The notes beneath the pieces are model-generated. The model did not search any database. It was not told the DNA's origin and saw nothing but the letters and a program-made list of their open reading frames with translations. Positions 37,211-47,844 of a stretch of DNA of 64,000 nucleotides are shown here, piece after piece. This DNA comes from Candidatus Bathyarchaeota archaeon (GTDB lineage: Archaea > Thermoproteota > Bathyarchaeia > Bathyarchaeales > Bathycorpusculaceae), in the NCBI GenBank assembly GCA_963827165.1, contig CAWGZR010000010.1, forward strand, positions 128,001 through 192,000, written 5' to 3'. Numbering within the stretch: position 1 is the first letter of the stretch; each line of letters starts with the position of its first letter. Made by a program: the position numbers and the translations under genes.

Positions 37211-37957
37211 TTAATTCCCGCCTAACCCTCGCCACAAAATGAATTTTCTCCGATCGCCTTCATCGTTTCTTAAGCGTTCTACAAGGCTGATAGTTAGTGC
37301 CAGAGCGATAACTATTGCCATGAGTAATATGGCGTATGCCATGGCGATATCGAAGTAGCCGAAGTCTATCTCGGTTGCAATTGCGGTAGTCAAAACTCTA
37401 GTTTCTCCGAGTAAGTTTCCGCCTACGATTGTGGCGATGCCGAGCTCGCCAAAACCCCTGTTAAACGAGGCGGTTATAGAAAGTACAATTGACCAGATTG
37501 TTTCCCGAATAAGCGTTAGGTTAGTTCTGAACCCTGATGCGCCAAGCGTTTTAGCTAAATCTCTCAGTTGAGTATCTGCTGTGCCTAAAGCGTTGGCTGT
37601 AAAACTTATTATGATTGGGGAAACGAGAATTGCCTCGCCGATCGCGATACCATTTAGAGTGTAGAGTAAGTGGAAAGATCCAAATTCTCCGTCCCTGACG
37701 AACAACAAGAACAGAAGCAATCCCAATGCAACAGTGGGGATGCCTATTAACGCGTTGAATACGCCTTTGACAAACCATTTTCCCCTAAAATTATACAAGC
37801 CTAAAGCTACAGCAATTGGAATACTCCAGATACATGACAATAAAGTTCCAATTCCAGCAACGTATATTGATCTGTAGACTGTTGCATAAACTTCAGGGTT
37901 GCCACTTACGATTAGTTTTAGGGCTTCCTCAAAGGCTTTTACGATAATATCAGCCAT
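37211..37957 (-). CDS. tupB: Tungstate ABC transporter permease
   Basis: NALIGIPTVALGL, LLYT, TLGAS, FNRGFGELG..IVGGN..GETRVLTTAI. Confidence 0.92.
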   Translation of the reverse strand: MADIIVKAFEEALKLIVSGNPEVYATVYRSIYVAGIGTLLSCIWSIPIAVALGLYNFRGKWFVKGVFNALIGIPTVALGLLLFLLFVRDGEFGSFHLLYTLNGIAIGEAILVSPIIISFTANALGTADTQLRDLAKTLGASGFRTNLTLIRETIWSIVLSITASFNRGFGELGIATIVGGNLLGETRVLTTAIATEIDFGYFDIAMAYAILLMAIVIALALTISLVERLRNDEGDRRKFILWRGLGGN

Positions 37958-38007
37958 GCATATCACAAAAAGAAATAAGGGAAATTTTATTTGAGCTTTT
38001 CCATGCG

Positions 38008-39402
38008 CTACTGTTCTAATGTTTTGCCTTTGCTTTGACTGTAGGTTAAGAGTTGTGTATTAATGGGTTTTTGGATGTCCACGTAGAGGTAGCTCGCGTC
38101 GCTTAGAGAGGAATTTGGAATCATGTTAGCCATTTGCACGTCGTATGAAGCTGTATAGAGGTTGCCTGCGTCATACCGGTATTGTGGTGGACATTCGGTT
38201 CCATTTGCATTGATGACGGGAACTGAATTGATGTAAGCGTAACTTTGGATCCATCCGTATAAAGTGGTGTTTATAGCAGGGTTAGTTGCTAAGGCCACGA
38301 ATGGATTGAACAGTGTTTGGTTATAGCTTGCCACACCGTAGTTTGCTATTGTCTGTTGACCTGCATCAGAGACTAGCCAATTGACAAAAGTCATTGAAGC
38401 GTTGAAGTTTGTATTTGCCAATTTAGAGTTTTGCGGGTTATCTATTATTGCGCTGTACACGTTGAGAAGTGATTGCTGAGCTTGAATTTGGATTTGCGAT
38501 TGTATGTCCCCGCGATCATAGTAAGCATAATAGGTTCCTGTGTCTGAAAGGGTGTATCCGCCAATGTTACCGTAGTAGTTTGCTGCCAGAAGAGTTGGCC
38601 CCATGCCAGTGCCTGTCGATTTGAACCATGAGGTTTGGGTTAGAAGCTGAGTATAATTGTAGCCTGCGGATGTCCATAGGGAAATCTCTTTGGTGTTTGT
38701 CCCTGAAGCATCGTCTCTTGAGAACCATAGCACGTTGCTGTTTGGAACCTGAGCCGCGTTGTAGATATCTATCATAGCTTGAGTAACATTGGTTAAGCCT
38801 CTGATGTGTGCGGGATCACTTGCGGGCCCAACTATAACGAAGAAATTGTATGCAACGATTTTGCGGTCAACCCCGTATCCTCCGGTTAGGAAAGGCAGTT
38901 CCTGTGAGGGGGAATGGACTAGTAACATGTCAGCCGAACCTGATTCTGCATCAGTAATGGCGACTCCTGTCCCTACAGCGACAAAGTTGATGGTTATCCA
39001 TGGATAGGTAGCTTGGAACGTGTCTTTTATGTCGTCTTTTAATGTCGTTCCATTGGCTAAAACTTCTGGAGTATCTTCCAGTCCCGTTTGATAAAGGCTT
39101 GTGGTTGTTGCTACTGTCAGTGTAGTGGGGGTTGGTGTTGGAGTCGGAGATGGGGAGGGTGTTGGAGATGGCGTAGGGCTCGCGGTCGCCATCTGTGTTG
39201 GCGTGGGTGTTGCGGTTGGTTTGGTAGTTGGTGTGGGGGAAGAAGTTGGAGACGGTGATGAAGTAGCTGTTGGAGCAGGGGATGGAGTAGGTGTGGTTTT
39301 TGGTGAACCTGAGAGGGATATGTAGGCGAAAACTCCGCCTATTATTATGACGATTACTACGATTGCTGCGATAATTGCATAAGTACTTTTCATCTTTTTC
39401 AC
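38008..39402 (-). CDS. tupA: Tungstate-binding protein with Pro/Thr/Ser-rich membrane linker
   Basis: VATTTSL (TupA TTTS motif), [47 protein letters not shown]. Confidence 0.92.
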   Translation of the reverse strand: MKKMKSTYAIIAAIVVIVIIIGGVFAYISLSGSPKTTPTPSPAPTATSSPSPTSSPTPTTKPTATPTPTQMATASPTPSPTPSPSPTPTPTPTTLTVATTTSLYQTGLEDTPEVLANGTTLKDDIKDTFQATYPWITINFVAVGTGVAITDAESGSADMLLVHSPSQELPFLTGGYGVDRKIVAYNFFVIVGPASDPAHIRGLTNVTQAMIDIYNAAQVPNSNVLWFSRDDASGTNTKEISLWTSAGYNYTQLLTQTSWFKSTGTGMGPTLLAANYYGNIGGYTLSDTGTYYAYYDRGDIQSQIQIQAQQSLLNVYSAIIDNPQNSKLANTNFNASMTFVNWLVSDAGQQTIANYGVASYNQTLFNPFVALATNPAINTTLYGWIQSYAYINSVPVINANGTECPPQYRYDAGNLYTASYDVQMANMIPNSSLSDASYLYVDIQKPINTQLLTYSQSKGKTLEQ

Positions 39403-39417
39403 TGTTTTTAGGGAAAA

Positions 39418-39441
39418 CGATATGCATATTTAAACATGACG
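39418..39441. promoter_or_regulatory. Candidate ModE operator overlapping the tupA TATA box
   Basis: CGATATGCA-TATTTA-AACATGACG resembles the 24-bp ModE dyad CGTTATATA-N6-TATATAACG; contains TTTAAATA on the minus strand just upstream of tupA. Confidence 0.55.
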
Positions 39442-39507
39442 ACAACTAAGCGCTCTAAACAATGTATCGCTCAAGAAAAGCAACCAAATCCTTACAAGCA
39501 TGGGCGG

Positions 39508-39732
39508 CTAAACGGGCAATTTGCGTTCTTCCGTCAACTCGCCCAGAATTACTAGTGCTTCTCCTAGTGGCATGCCGAGCCTTTCAGCAAGCTCAGGCGC
39601 AGTTATGTCCGCTTTCTGAGGCAAAATGTTGGATCGGGTGTAAGCCTTATGGGTTGGATACATAACTGAAGCGTGAACTGCTTCAACAAGCAGTTGCCAA
39701 AGCTTCTCCTTTGAATAATCTTCCAAAGCCAT
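39508..39732 (-). CDS. Small hypothetical protein with HTH-like C-terminus
   Basis: ITAPELAERLGMPLGEALVIL. Confidence 0.6.
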   Translation of the reverse strand: MALEDYSKEKLWQLLVEAVHASVMYPTHKAYTRSNILPQKADITAPELAERLGMPLGEALVILGELTEERKLPV

Positions 39733-39854
39733 GTGCAATCAAACATGCATTAGGGTATTACGATTATTAACCTAGCGTATAGGGCCCGGAAAAAAAGATT
39801 ACGACAAACTTAATACTTTGCCGTTGCTGCTTGATTCATAGAGGAGGATTTTTT

Positions 39855-40826
39855 TTGAAGGCTGTTGTTTATCGTGGACCCCACGAGATCAAGGTTGAAC
39901 AGGTTCCTGAGCCGCAGTTGAAAGGCAACAGGGTTCTTGTTCATTTCAAAGCTGGAAGCATCTGCGGTACCGACATGCACCTGTATAGGGGTGAATGGAA
40001 ATGGATGAGGAAAGGCATGATTCTGGGACATGACGCATGGGGAGTCCGCGAAGACACTGGCGAACGCGTCGTCATGGTTCCCATAGTCAACTGCGGGCAC
40101 TGTTATTTTTGCTTGCGGGGGTTACCTACTTATTGCACAAAAGGAAAATTCTACGGGTTGACACGCGACGGCTTCTTCGCTGAGTCTAAAGCAATGTTGC
40201 CCCGAAGCTTAATTCCAATTCCCGCAAGTGTCTCTGATGAGGAAGCGGCGATAGTGGAGCCTGTTGCCCTAGCGCTTCGCGTACTCGATTACATGAAGCC
40301 TAATCTAGGCGATTGGGTGACGATAATTGGGCAAGGACCCATTGGCTTGCTTATGACGCGGGTGGCTCAGTTGAAAGGATGCCGCGTTATCGCAGTTGAT
40401 CTTGAGGATTACAGACTTGAATTCAGCCTAAAGTATGGAGCAAATGCAGTTATCAACGCGAAGAAAGAAGACGTAATCAAAACTGTACGGAAACTGACGA
40501 AGCATGGGTCAGACTTGGTCATTGAAGCAGCTGGAACAAGTAAAACGGTTGAACAAACGCCTTTTCTGGTTAGGAAGGCGGGCAAAGTTGCTTTGGTCGG
40601 CGAGTCAAAAGGTTACTTGAACTTAGAAGATGCGGATGAAGCGTTGTTTTTCACAATTTACATTTCGCCTGTCGAATACCCGTCGGCCGTAGAGTTAATC
40701 GCTAGAAAACTGGTTGACGTGAAAGGCCTGATAACGCACAGGTTTAAGTTTGATGAATTCGAGAAAGCGCTGCAAACCGTTGACAATCCGGCAGAGAAAC
40801 CTTTGAAAGTCATAATCACAGCGTAG
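39855..40826 (+). CDS. Zn-dependent alcohol/polyol dehydrogenase (MDR family)
   Basis: ICGTDMH, LGHD (GHE variant), CGHCYFCLRGLPTYC, EPVA, GQGPIG; TTG start after GAGGAGG. Confidence 0.92.
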   Translation: MKAVVYRGPHEIKVEQVPEPQLKGNRVLVHFKAGSICGTDMHLYRGEWKWMRKGMILGHDAWGVREDTGERVVMVPIVNCGHCYFCLRGLPTYCTKGKFYGLTRDGFFAESKAMLPRSLIPIPASVSDEEAAIVEPVALALRVLDYMKPNLGDWVTIIGQGPIGLLMTRVAQLKGCRVIAVDLEDYRLEFSLKYGANAVINAKKEDVIKTVRKLTKHGSDLVIEAAGTSKTVEQTPFLVRKAGKVALVGESKGYLNLEDADEALFFTIYISPVEYPSAVELIARKLVDVKGLITHRFKFDEFEKALQTVDNPAEKPLKVIITA

Positions 40827-40973
40827 GCCTCTTCGACCAAAGTTTTTTTCTTTAAAAGAACAACAACAACCTTGGAATTGCAATTGTTGTTTTCTTGGTG
40901 TTCTAAACGGTCTTTGCCGGAAAATCAAGGTTTTATAATAGAATCAGGTAAATTATGAGGAGAAGGGTCGCTT

Positions 40974-41771
40974 GTGTGGGAAGCGTTCTTGCCCATTATA
41001 GGATTTCTAATCGGGCTGGTTTCGGTGATGGTTGGCCTTGGAGGCGGATTTCTAGTCGTGCCTCTCTTGACTTTGGTCTACGCCTTTTCCCCAGCGAATG
41101 CCGTTGGAACCAGCTTAGCAACAATTCTAATGACGACAGCTGTTGCCTCTGCATACTATTCAAAACAAAAGCAAACCTACTATAAAATGGGCTTAATTTT
41201 ATCTGCAGCCTCAGTGCCCGGCGCAATATTCGGAAGCTACTTAACAACAGAAATACCTGGAAAGGCAATAGGATTGCTTATCGGTATTTTCTTAGTTTTT
41301 GTAGCTTGGCAAATAGTCTATAAAAAAGGCACCCAAAATAACTGTGAAAATTCAGAAGAGGATTCAGGGTTTTCTGAAAAAGAATTGCTGTCTCAACAGA
41401 GAACCGTTTTGCTGGGGGTCGTTCTCTGTTTTTTTGCTGGTTTAATTGGGGGTTTGCTTAGCATTCCAGGGGTGCTGTTGGTGCCGATTATGGCTTTGGT
41501 TTTACACATGCCTTTTAAAACCGTCGCAGCAACTTCGGTTTTCACAATGGTTTTCATTTCTTTGGCATGTACGGTTCAACACATCAGTTTCGGCAACATA
41601 AATGTTAACTATGCATTGCTGATAGGATCTGGCTCTGTGTTTGGAGGATTGCTTGGTGCTTATCTTTGCTCTATCACCAAAAACCAAACGTTGCGTTGGG
41701 TTTTGTTCGGATTACTTCTCTTTATTAGTTTACAGATGTTTTTAAAGTTCGGTTTGGGTGTTAATTATTAG
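40974..41771 (+). CDS. TSUP (TauE/SafE) family permease
   Basis: MVGLGGGFLVVP, AVGTSL, AATS, GGLLGA; about 8 TM helices. Confidence 0.9.
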   Translation: MWEAFLPIIGFLIGLVSVMVGLGGGFLVVPLLTLVYAFSPANAVGTSLATILMTTAVASAYYSKQKQTYYKMGLILSAASVPGAIFGSYLTTEIPGKAIGLLIGIFLVFVAWQIVYKKGTQNNCENSEEDSGFSEKELLSQQRTVLLGVVLCFFAGLIGGLLSIPGVLLVPIMALVLHMPFKTVAATSVFTMVFISLACTVQHISFGNINVNYALLIGSGSVFGGLLGAYLCSITKNQTLRWVLFGLLLFISLQMFLKFGLGVNY

Positions 41772-41898
41772 CAGACAAATCAATTAGAAAATCTCCAGAG
41801 CAAACTACCATCTTCAAGATTTTTTCAGTTAATTCAGAAACGCTTTTTAGTTAAGAAAAGACAGGATATACAAATTCGACCCAATCAGGGGATTATAA

Positions 41899-44706
41899 AT
41901 GGAATCTTATATTGATGCTTCTCTTCGAAAATTCGGCATTGACCTTGTTGGTTCGGTTCCATGGGGAACGCATCTTTGCCAATTTTATGAGTCAAAACAA
42001 GATTTAATCGAAATTCTGGTGCCTTACTTCAAGGAAGGCTTACACAATAATGAGTTTTGCATGTGGGTTACATCCCCGCCTCTGGAAGTTGCAGAGGCTA
42101 AAGAGGCATTAAGAAAAGCAGTTCCCGACTTACAGAGGTACTTGCAGAATGGTCAAATTGAGATAGTTTCTTACACTGACTGGTACCTATTAGGAGGCAA
42201 GTTTGATTCAGATCGGGTGCTTCAAAGCTGGGTGAAAAAAGAGACCCAAGCCTTAAGTCATGGTTTTGATGGGCTTCGGCTGACTGGAAACACTTTTTGG
42301 GTTGAACGCAGCCTTTGGAAAAGCTTTGTGGATTACGAAGAAGCAGTTAATGCAGTTATAGGTCAACATAGGATGCTGGCGTTATGCACTTATTGCCTCA
42401 AAAACGCAAGTGGAACAGACGTTGTTGACGTTGTCAGAAATCATGTTGGTACCTTGCTTAAGCAAGGCAAAGAATGGGTTTTGGTTGAGAATGCAGTAGA
42501 ACGCAAGAAAGAGCAAGATGCCTTAAAAGAACGAGAACAAAGCTGGCAAACCACTTTAGGCAGCATCGGCGACGCCGTTATAGCGACTGACACGGCTGGC
42601 AAAATAACCTTCATGAACAATGTAGCGGAAACGTTAACAGGATGGGCTCTGAATGAGGCATCAAGGAAACCTTTGGAAAAAGTCTTCCATATAGTTAACG
42701 AACAAACTCGTAAAGAAGTTGTGAACCCAGTCACGCGCGTGCTCAAAGAAGGCGCGACGGTGGGGTTAGCCAACCATACAATACTGATAACAAAAGACGG
42801 AAACGAGATTCCTATTGACGACAGCGGAGCACCCATAAAACATAAAGATGGAAAAACTTCAGGCGTAGTGCTAGTATTCCGTGACATAACAGAACGCAAA
42901 AAGGCAGAAAAGGATCTGTTTAATCTCGCAAAGTTTCCATCAGAGAATCCTTTTGCCGTGCTTCGAATCGACAAGGACGGAACCGTTATGTATGCTAATG
43001 CAGAAAGTCAGCGACTGCCGAAATCAATTAGCGCAGAAATCGGTCACGTCGTCAGTCCGCATTGGCTTAAGCATGTATCAGAATCCTTTACGTCTAACCG
43101 CAGGTTGGATTTTGAGGAAAACGATGAAGGACGCTGGTTTGAGTTTAAATTAGCACCAGTTCTTTCAGAAGGGTATGTCAATATTTATGGGTCGGAAATC
43201 ACTGAACGTAAGAAAGCTGAAGAGGCACTTAGAGAAAGTGAAATCAAGTTTAGAACGGTAGCCAATTTCCTTTATGATTGGGAGTATTGGTTGGCTCCAG
43301 ATGGGAGCTTAGTTTATGTTTCACGGTCTTGCGAAAGAATAACAGGCTACAAGGCTGAGAAATTTATCGAAAACCCAACGCTGGTCACCAGCATCATCCA
43401 CCCAGAAGATAAACACCTTTTTGATTCTCATTTCAAGCTTACGAGTATCGATAAGACACACGAAATTGACTTTCGCATAATTACACGGAAAGGAGAAACA
43501 AAATGGCTAGCGCACACCTGTCAACCTGCTTTTGATGATCAAGGAAAGTGGCTGGGTCGTCGTGTCAGCAACCGAGACATCACAGACCGCAAAAAAGCTG
43601 AAGAAAAAGCCAGAAAAAGCGAGGCTGAAAATATCGCTTCAAAATATGCCAGAAGTCTTCTTGAAGCCAGCTTAGACCCACTGGTAACCATTGATGATGA
43701 AGGAAAAATCACAGATGTAAACCAAGCTACTGAAATAGTGACTGGTATTTCCAGGGAGCAACTCATCGGGACTGAATTCTCAGATTACTTCACCGAACCA
43801 GAAAGAGCCAAAGCAGGATACGAAAAAGTGTTCAAAGACGGCTTCGTGAAAGATTACCCGTTAGCGATAACGAACAAATCTGGAAAAATAACCGACGTCA
43901 TATACAACGCATCAATATTTAGAAATACCCAAGGACAAATCCAAGGCGTCTTCGCGGCAGCAAGAGACATCACACAGCGAAAAGCTATGGAGAACGAGCT
44001 TAGGGAAACACTGGAGAAACTAAGGCAATCTAACGCTGAGTTGGAGCAATTTGCCTATGTTGCGTCCCATGACCTGCAGGAACCGTTGCGAATGGTTGCA
44101 AGCTATGTACAGTTACTTCAACGCAGATATCAAGGAAAACTTGACCAAGAAGCTGATGAATTCATCGGCTTCGCGGTGGACGGCGCCAATCGAATGCGGG
44201 GATTAATTGACGATCTTCTAACCTATTCACGGGTTGGAAGGCTTGGCAAACCGTTTGAGCGGACAAACTTGGAATCAACGTTGGACATTGTACTTAAAAA
44301 TTTGCAGGCATCAATCACGGAAAACAACGCGACCGTAACCCACGACAAACTCCCAGTTATCAGTGCTGACGGAGGGCAGCTTGTACAGTTATTCCAGAAT
44401 TTAATCGCTAACGCCATCAAATTCCACGGCAAAGATCCGCCCAGCGTGCATGTGTCAGCTAAAGATAATGGGGCGGAGATCCAGTTTGCTATATGCGACA
44501 ATGGCATCGGCATAGATCCACAGTACTTCGACCGCCTCTTTAAGATTTTCCAGCGCTTGCACACGAGAGAAGAATATTCAGGGTCGGGAATCGGCTTGGC
44601 AGTGTGCAAAAAAATCGTGGAGCGGCATGGGGGACGCATTTGGATTGAGTCTGAGCTGGGGAAAGGTTCAACTATTTATTTCACACTCAGTAAAAGGAAG
44701 CAGTGA
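41899..44706 (+). CDS. Cytoplasmic sensor histidine kinase: MEDS + four PAS + HisKA + HATPase
   Basis: WGTHLCQFY (MEDS), repeated DITERK, FAYVASHDLQEPLR, QNLIANAIKF, DNGIGI, GSGIGL. Confidence 0.93.
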   Translation: MESYIDASLRKFGIDLVGSVPWGTHLCQFYESKQDLIEILVPYFKEGLHNNEFCMWVTSPPLEVAEAKEALRKAVPDLQRYLQNGQIEIVSYTDWYLLGGKFDSDRVLQSWVKKETQALSHGFDGLRLTGNTFWVERSLWKSFVDYEEAVNAVIGQHRMLALCTYCLKNASGTDVVDVVRNHVGTLLKQGKEWVLVENAVERKKEQDALKEREQSWQTTLGSIGDAVIATDTAGKITFMNNVAETLTGWALNEASRKPLEKVFHIVNEQTRKEVVNPVTRVLKEGATVGLANHTILITKDGNEIPIDDSGAPIKHKDGKTSGVVLVFRDITERKKAEKDLFNLAKFPSENPFAVLRIDKDGTVMYANAESQRLPKSISAEIGHVVSPHWLKHVSESFTSNRRLDFEENDEGRWFEFKLAPVLSEGYVNIYGSEITERKKAEEALRESEIKFRTVANFLYDWEYWLAPDGSLVYVSRSCERITGYKAEKFIENPTLVTSIIHPEDKHLFDSHFKLTSIDKTHEIDFRIITRKGETKWLAHTCQPAFDDQGKWLGRRVSNRDITDRKKAEEKARKSEAENIASKYARSLLEASLDPLVTIDDEGKITDVNQATEIVTGISREQLIGTEFSDYFTEPERAKAGYEKVFKDGFVKDYPLAITNKSGKITDVIYNASIFRNTQGQIQGVFAAARDITQRKAMENELRETLEKLRQSNAELEQFAYVASHDLQEPLRMVASYVQLLQRRYQGKLDQEADEFIGFAVDGANRMRGLIDDLLTYSRVGRLGKPFERTNLESTLDIVLKNLQASITENNATVTHDKLPVISADGGQLVQLFQNLIANAIKFHGKDPPSVHVSAKDNGAEIQFAICDNGIGIDPQYFDRLFKIFQRLHTREEYSGSGIGLAVCKKIVERHGGRIWIESELGKGSTIYFTLSKRKQ

Positions 44707-44710
44707 TATT

Positions 44711-45151
44711 ATGAATGAAGTTAGACCTGTGGACATATTGCTTGTTGAAGATAATCCTGGAGACGTGCGCCTAACAAAAGAGGCTCTAAAAGACGCAAAA
44801 GTGCTGAATGAAATCTTCATTGCGAGAGACGGGGTTGAAGCAATGGAGTTCCTGCATAGAAAAGGCCAGTTTTCAAATGTACCTCTGCCAGACTTAATAC
44901 TGCTTGACCTGAACTTGCCAAGAAAAGATGGCCGTCAAGTGCTAGCTGAAATCAAAGAAGACCCAATTCTGAAGCATATACCAGTTGTTGTTTTGACGAC
45001 CTCCAAAGCTGACGAAGACATAATTAAAACATATAACCTGCATGCCAATGCTTACATCACGAAGCCGGTTGACCTGAACCGATTCGCAGAAATCATACAT
45101 ATTTTAAACGAATTTTGGTTCACAATAGTTAAACTTCCGCCAAAGGAGTAA
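44711..45151 (+). CDS. Single-domain response regulator (Rcp1-like)
   Basis: ILLVEDNPGD, PDLILLDLNLP, VVLTTS, YITKP, FWFTIVKLP. Confidence 0.93.
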   Translation: MNEVRPVDILLVEDNPGDVRLTKEALKDAKVLNEIFIARDGVEAMEFLHRKGQFSNVPLPDLILLDLNLPRKDGRQVLAEIKEDPILKHIPVVVLTTSKADEDIIKTYNLHANAYITKPVDLNRFAEIIHILNEFWFTIVKLPPKE

Positions 45152-45153
45152 GA

Positions 45154-46569
45154 ATCATCAAAATTCTCTTAATTGAAGATAATCCTGGCGATGCTCGCCT
45201 AATTTTGGAAATGCTTAAAGAAGAAAAATTCTCAGTGGAAAACGTAGAGCACGTCGACAGGCTTACAAAGGGACGAAACCGCTTATCCGAAGGCGCCGTT
45301 GATGCCATATTGCTCGATCTTGGTTTACCTGACAGCCAAGGACTCGAAACTTTTGAAAAAATACATGCTGCAGCCCCGCAAGTACCCATCGTTATTTTGA
45401 CTGGGTTCAAAGATGACGCGCAAGGTGTCGAAGCCGTCCGCAGAGGGGCACAGGATTACTTAAACAAAGGAAAAATAGAAGGACCTCTCTTAGCCCGCGC
45501 CGTAACCTACGCGGTTGAACGAAAAAAACTAGATGAAGCGGTCCAGAGGCAAGCTGCGCTCATCGACCTCAGCCCAGACGCAATTATAACAAAAAAACTT
45601 GATGACACCATAACCTTCTGGAGTTTAGGCGCAGAAAAAGTGTACGGTTACACAAAAGAAGAAGCCATTGGGAAAAAATCTCGGACGCTTTTTAAAACAA
45701 AATTTGCTTCTCCATTTGAAAACATAGAAGAACAGCTCAAAAAAGAGGGGAAATGGTCCGGTGAGCTCTACCATGAAACCAAATCTGGGCGTGAACTGTC
45801 AATTCAAAGTTATTGGCTTGCCAAGTTTGACGAGAACTGTAGAATGGTTGAAATTTTCGAGTCCGACGTGGACATAACTGAACGCAAAAATGCTGAGCGT
45901 CTAGCTGCAATTGGAGCTACCGCAGGCATGGTTGGACATGACATTCGTAATCCGCTGCAAACAATTGCGGGCGAAGTTTATTTGGCAAAGGGCGTATTGG
46001 ATGATTTACCGGATGGGGAACCTCGTAGAAGTTTGAGTGAGAGTCTTGATACTATCGAGCGTCAAATAGATTATGTTAACAAAATAGTCCAAGACCTTCA
46101 GGATTTTGCAAAGCCAATCAAGCCGTTACTAAAAGAAATCGACTTAGACAATGTATGCAGGGAGTTGTTATCGAAAACTCATGTCCCAGAAAATATTGTT
46201 GTCTCCTGCAAAATACAACCTGACGTCAAAGCGCTGTTTTCTGATCCTGATATTTTAAAGAGGGTAATGATTAATTTAGTAACTAATGCGGTTCAGGCTA
46301 TGCCTAAAGGCGGAAAGCTTTGCATAAGTGCGTTCCCTGACGCAGGGGACACAGTGCTGACCGTTGATGATACAGGATGCGGGATTCCGAAGGATGCATC
46401 CACTAAACTTTTCACGCCTTTGTTTACTACTAAATCTAAAGGCCAAGGTTTTGGGTTAGCCGTGGTCAAACGCATGACCGACGCGTTAGGCGGCACCGTT
46501 ACATTTGAAAGCGAAGTGGGGAAAGGCACAAAATTCTTCATACGCATCCCCAAGACAAAAAATAATTGA
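45154..46569 (+). CDS. Hybrid REC-PAS-histidine kinase (no canonical start at the expected position)
   Basis: IIKILLIEDNPGD from 45154 in frame with ORF 45205..46569; LLDLGLPD, AQDYLNK, VGHDIRNPL, NAVQAM, GQGFGL. Confidence 0.88.
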   Translation: MIKILLIEDNPGDARLILEMLKEEKFSVENVEHVDRLTKGRNRLSEGAVDAILLDLGLPDSQGLETFEKIHAAAPQVPIVILTGFKDDAQGVEAVRRGAQDYLNKGKIEGPLLARAVTYAVERKKLDEAVQRQAALIDLSPDAIITKKLDDTITFWSLGAEKVYGYTKEEAIGKKSRTLFKTKFASPFENIEEQLKKEGKWSGELYHETKSGRELSIQSYWLAKFDENCRMVEIFESDVDITERKNAERLAAIGATAGMVGHDIRNPLQTIAGEVYLAKGVLDDLPDGEPRRSLSESLDTIERQIDYVNKIVQDLQDFAKPIKPLLKEIDLDNVCRELLSKTHVPENIVVSCKIQPDVKALFSDPDILKRVMINLVTNAVQAMPKGGKLCISAFPDAGDTVLTVDDTGCGIPKDASTKLFTPLFTTKSKGQGFGLAVVKRMTDALGGTVTFESEVGKGTKFFIRIPKTKNN

Positions 46570-46866
46570 AAACTTATTTTTTTCAATTCAAATTATGGAA
46601 CCTTAACGAAACTATGCGAGATTGCGCAGCCAAAATTTTACCGCAAAGTATCCCGTGTGACGTGGGTATAACATTGTACTTTCTTTTCTTAACTACTTGC
46701 ATAGTTGTCACACTCTTCACTCATTCTATGGCGACTACTAAATAACTTTTGGGTAGGATAGCGTCTGTGGAAGACCTTTAGCGAGTTTTAAGTCCTATTG
46801 CGGTGTTTCAGAATTTGTATGTCACTTTAATGCGTCTATTATAGACTATGTTTTTGAGGTTAATTT

Positions 46867-47052
46867 ATGGAAAATGAAGAACCTGAAACTAAAGAAGAGT
46901 GCATGAAAGCATTTTACCGTATACTGCCAAAAGAAATGGTGGAGTATTGTAAAAAGGACTTGTATGTTTCAGACGGTGAAGAATGGGGTTACCAAGTGGG
47001 TTTCGTAGTTGGCGTTAAATATGTCATAGAAAAATTCCTAAACCCTACTTAG
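46867..47052 (+). CDS. Small hypothetical protein
   Basis: ATG preceded by GAGGT; 61 aa; no family recognised. Confidence 0.55.
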   Translation: MENEEPETKEECMKAFYRILPKEMVEYCKKDLYVSDGEEWGYQVGFVVGVKYVIEKFLNPT

Positions 47053-47237
47053 AAAGGGTGGATGACCATCTGAACGGTAAAGATTCAGTTCACTAAAATG
47101 AACAGCGACCGACTGAAGAATCTCCCTTCTTTTCACTTTTATCAACGTCTTCCCTGTTGTGAGTGAATTTTCTATCATAATTGAAACAGTGCAATCATTT
47201 TAAGCAAAAACAACAAATAGTCTCCGTAGGTGTGAAT

Positions 47238-47462
47238 ATGGGGAGCACGCACACAGACAAGAAGGGTTACAAAAGATACGGTGATAGTGGGTTGTTGGAG
47301 CATAGGGTTATAGCATCGAAAAAGATTGGTGGTCCAATAGGAAGAGGCAGAGTTGTTCACCACGTTAATGGAGACAGGAGCGACAACAGAGGGAGCAATT
47401 TGCGTGTTATGAGTGGAAGTAACCATTCTTCGCTTGAGGCTAAGAAGCGCAGAAGGTACTGA
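47238..47462 (+). CDS. Minimal HNH endonuclease (HNH_3-like)
   Basis: AGGTG SD, ATG at 47238; GY...EHRVIA...VVHHVNGDRSDNRGSNLRVM...H. Confidence 0.88.
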   Translation: MGSTHTDKKGYKRYGDSGLLEHRVIASKKIGGPIGRGRVVHHVNGDRSDNRGSNLRVMSGSNHSSLEAKKRRRY

Positions 47463-47844
47463 AAGTAATCATTTCAATACCCTTTTGCAAAAGAAGCTTG
47501 TGAATTGCACATGTTCATTACAGTTCTATGGAAGTTGATTTATCTCAACTTTGAGATGCTTATGGTCGCACTCCTGTCGGTGTTGGAGCATGCTGCCTAA
47601 AATGCAACATCTACTTTGCTTCAGAAATATAGTTGAACAATCTATTGCAAAAGAAACTACCTTTGAAGTGTCCTATGTGCAATGTAAGTTTCCGTCAGAA
47701 CTACTCTTTTATTTTCAACCATCATGTTGTAGAAAAAGCGCCTATGTGATTAGTTGAAGCACTTTTCTCTACTAAACGCATTGTTTGTTCAGGCATAAGT
47801 CAAGAAAAGCATAGAGTAAGCGAACTGCTAATTCACCTTCTTGA

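Noticed and set aside
39120-39300. GT-rich repetitive tract
   Set aside because: It encodes the Pro/Thr/Ser linker of TupA; not a DNA repeat element or CRISPR.
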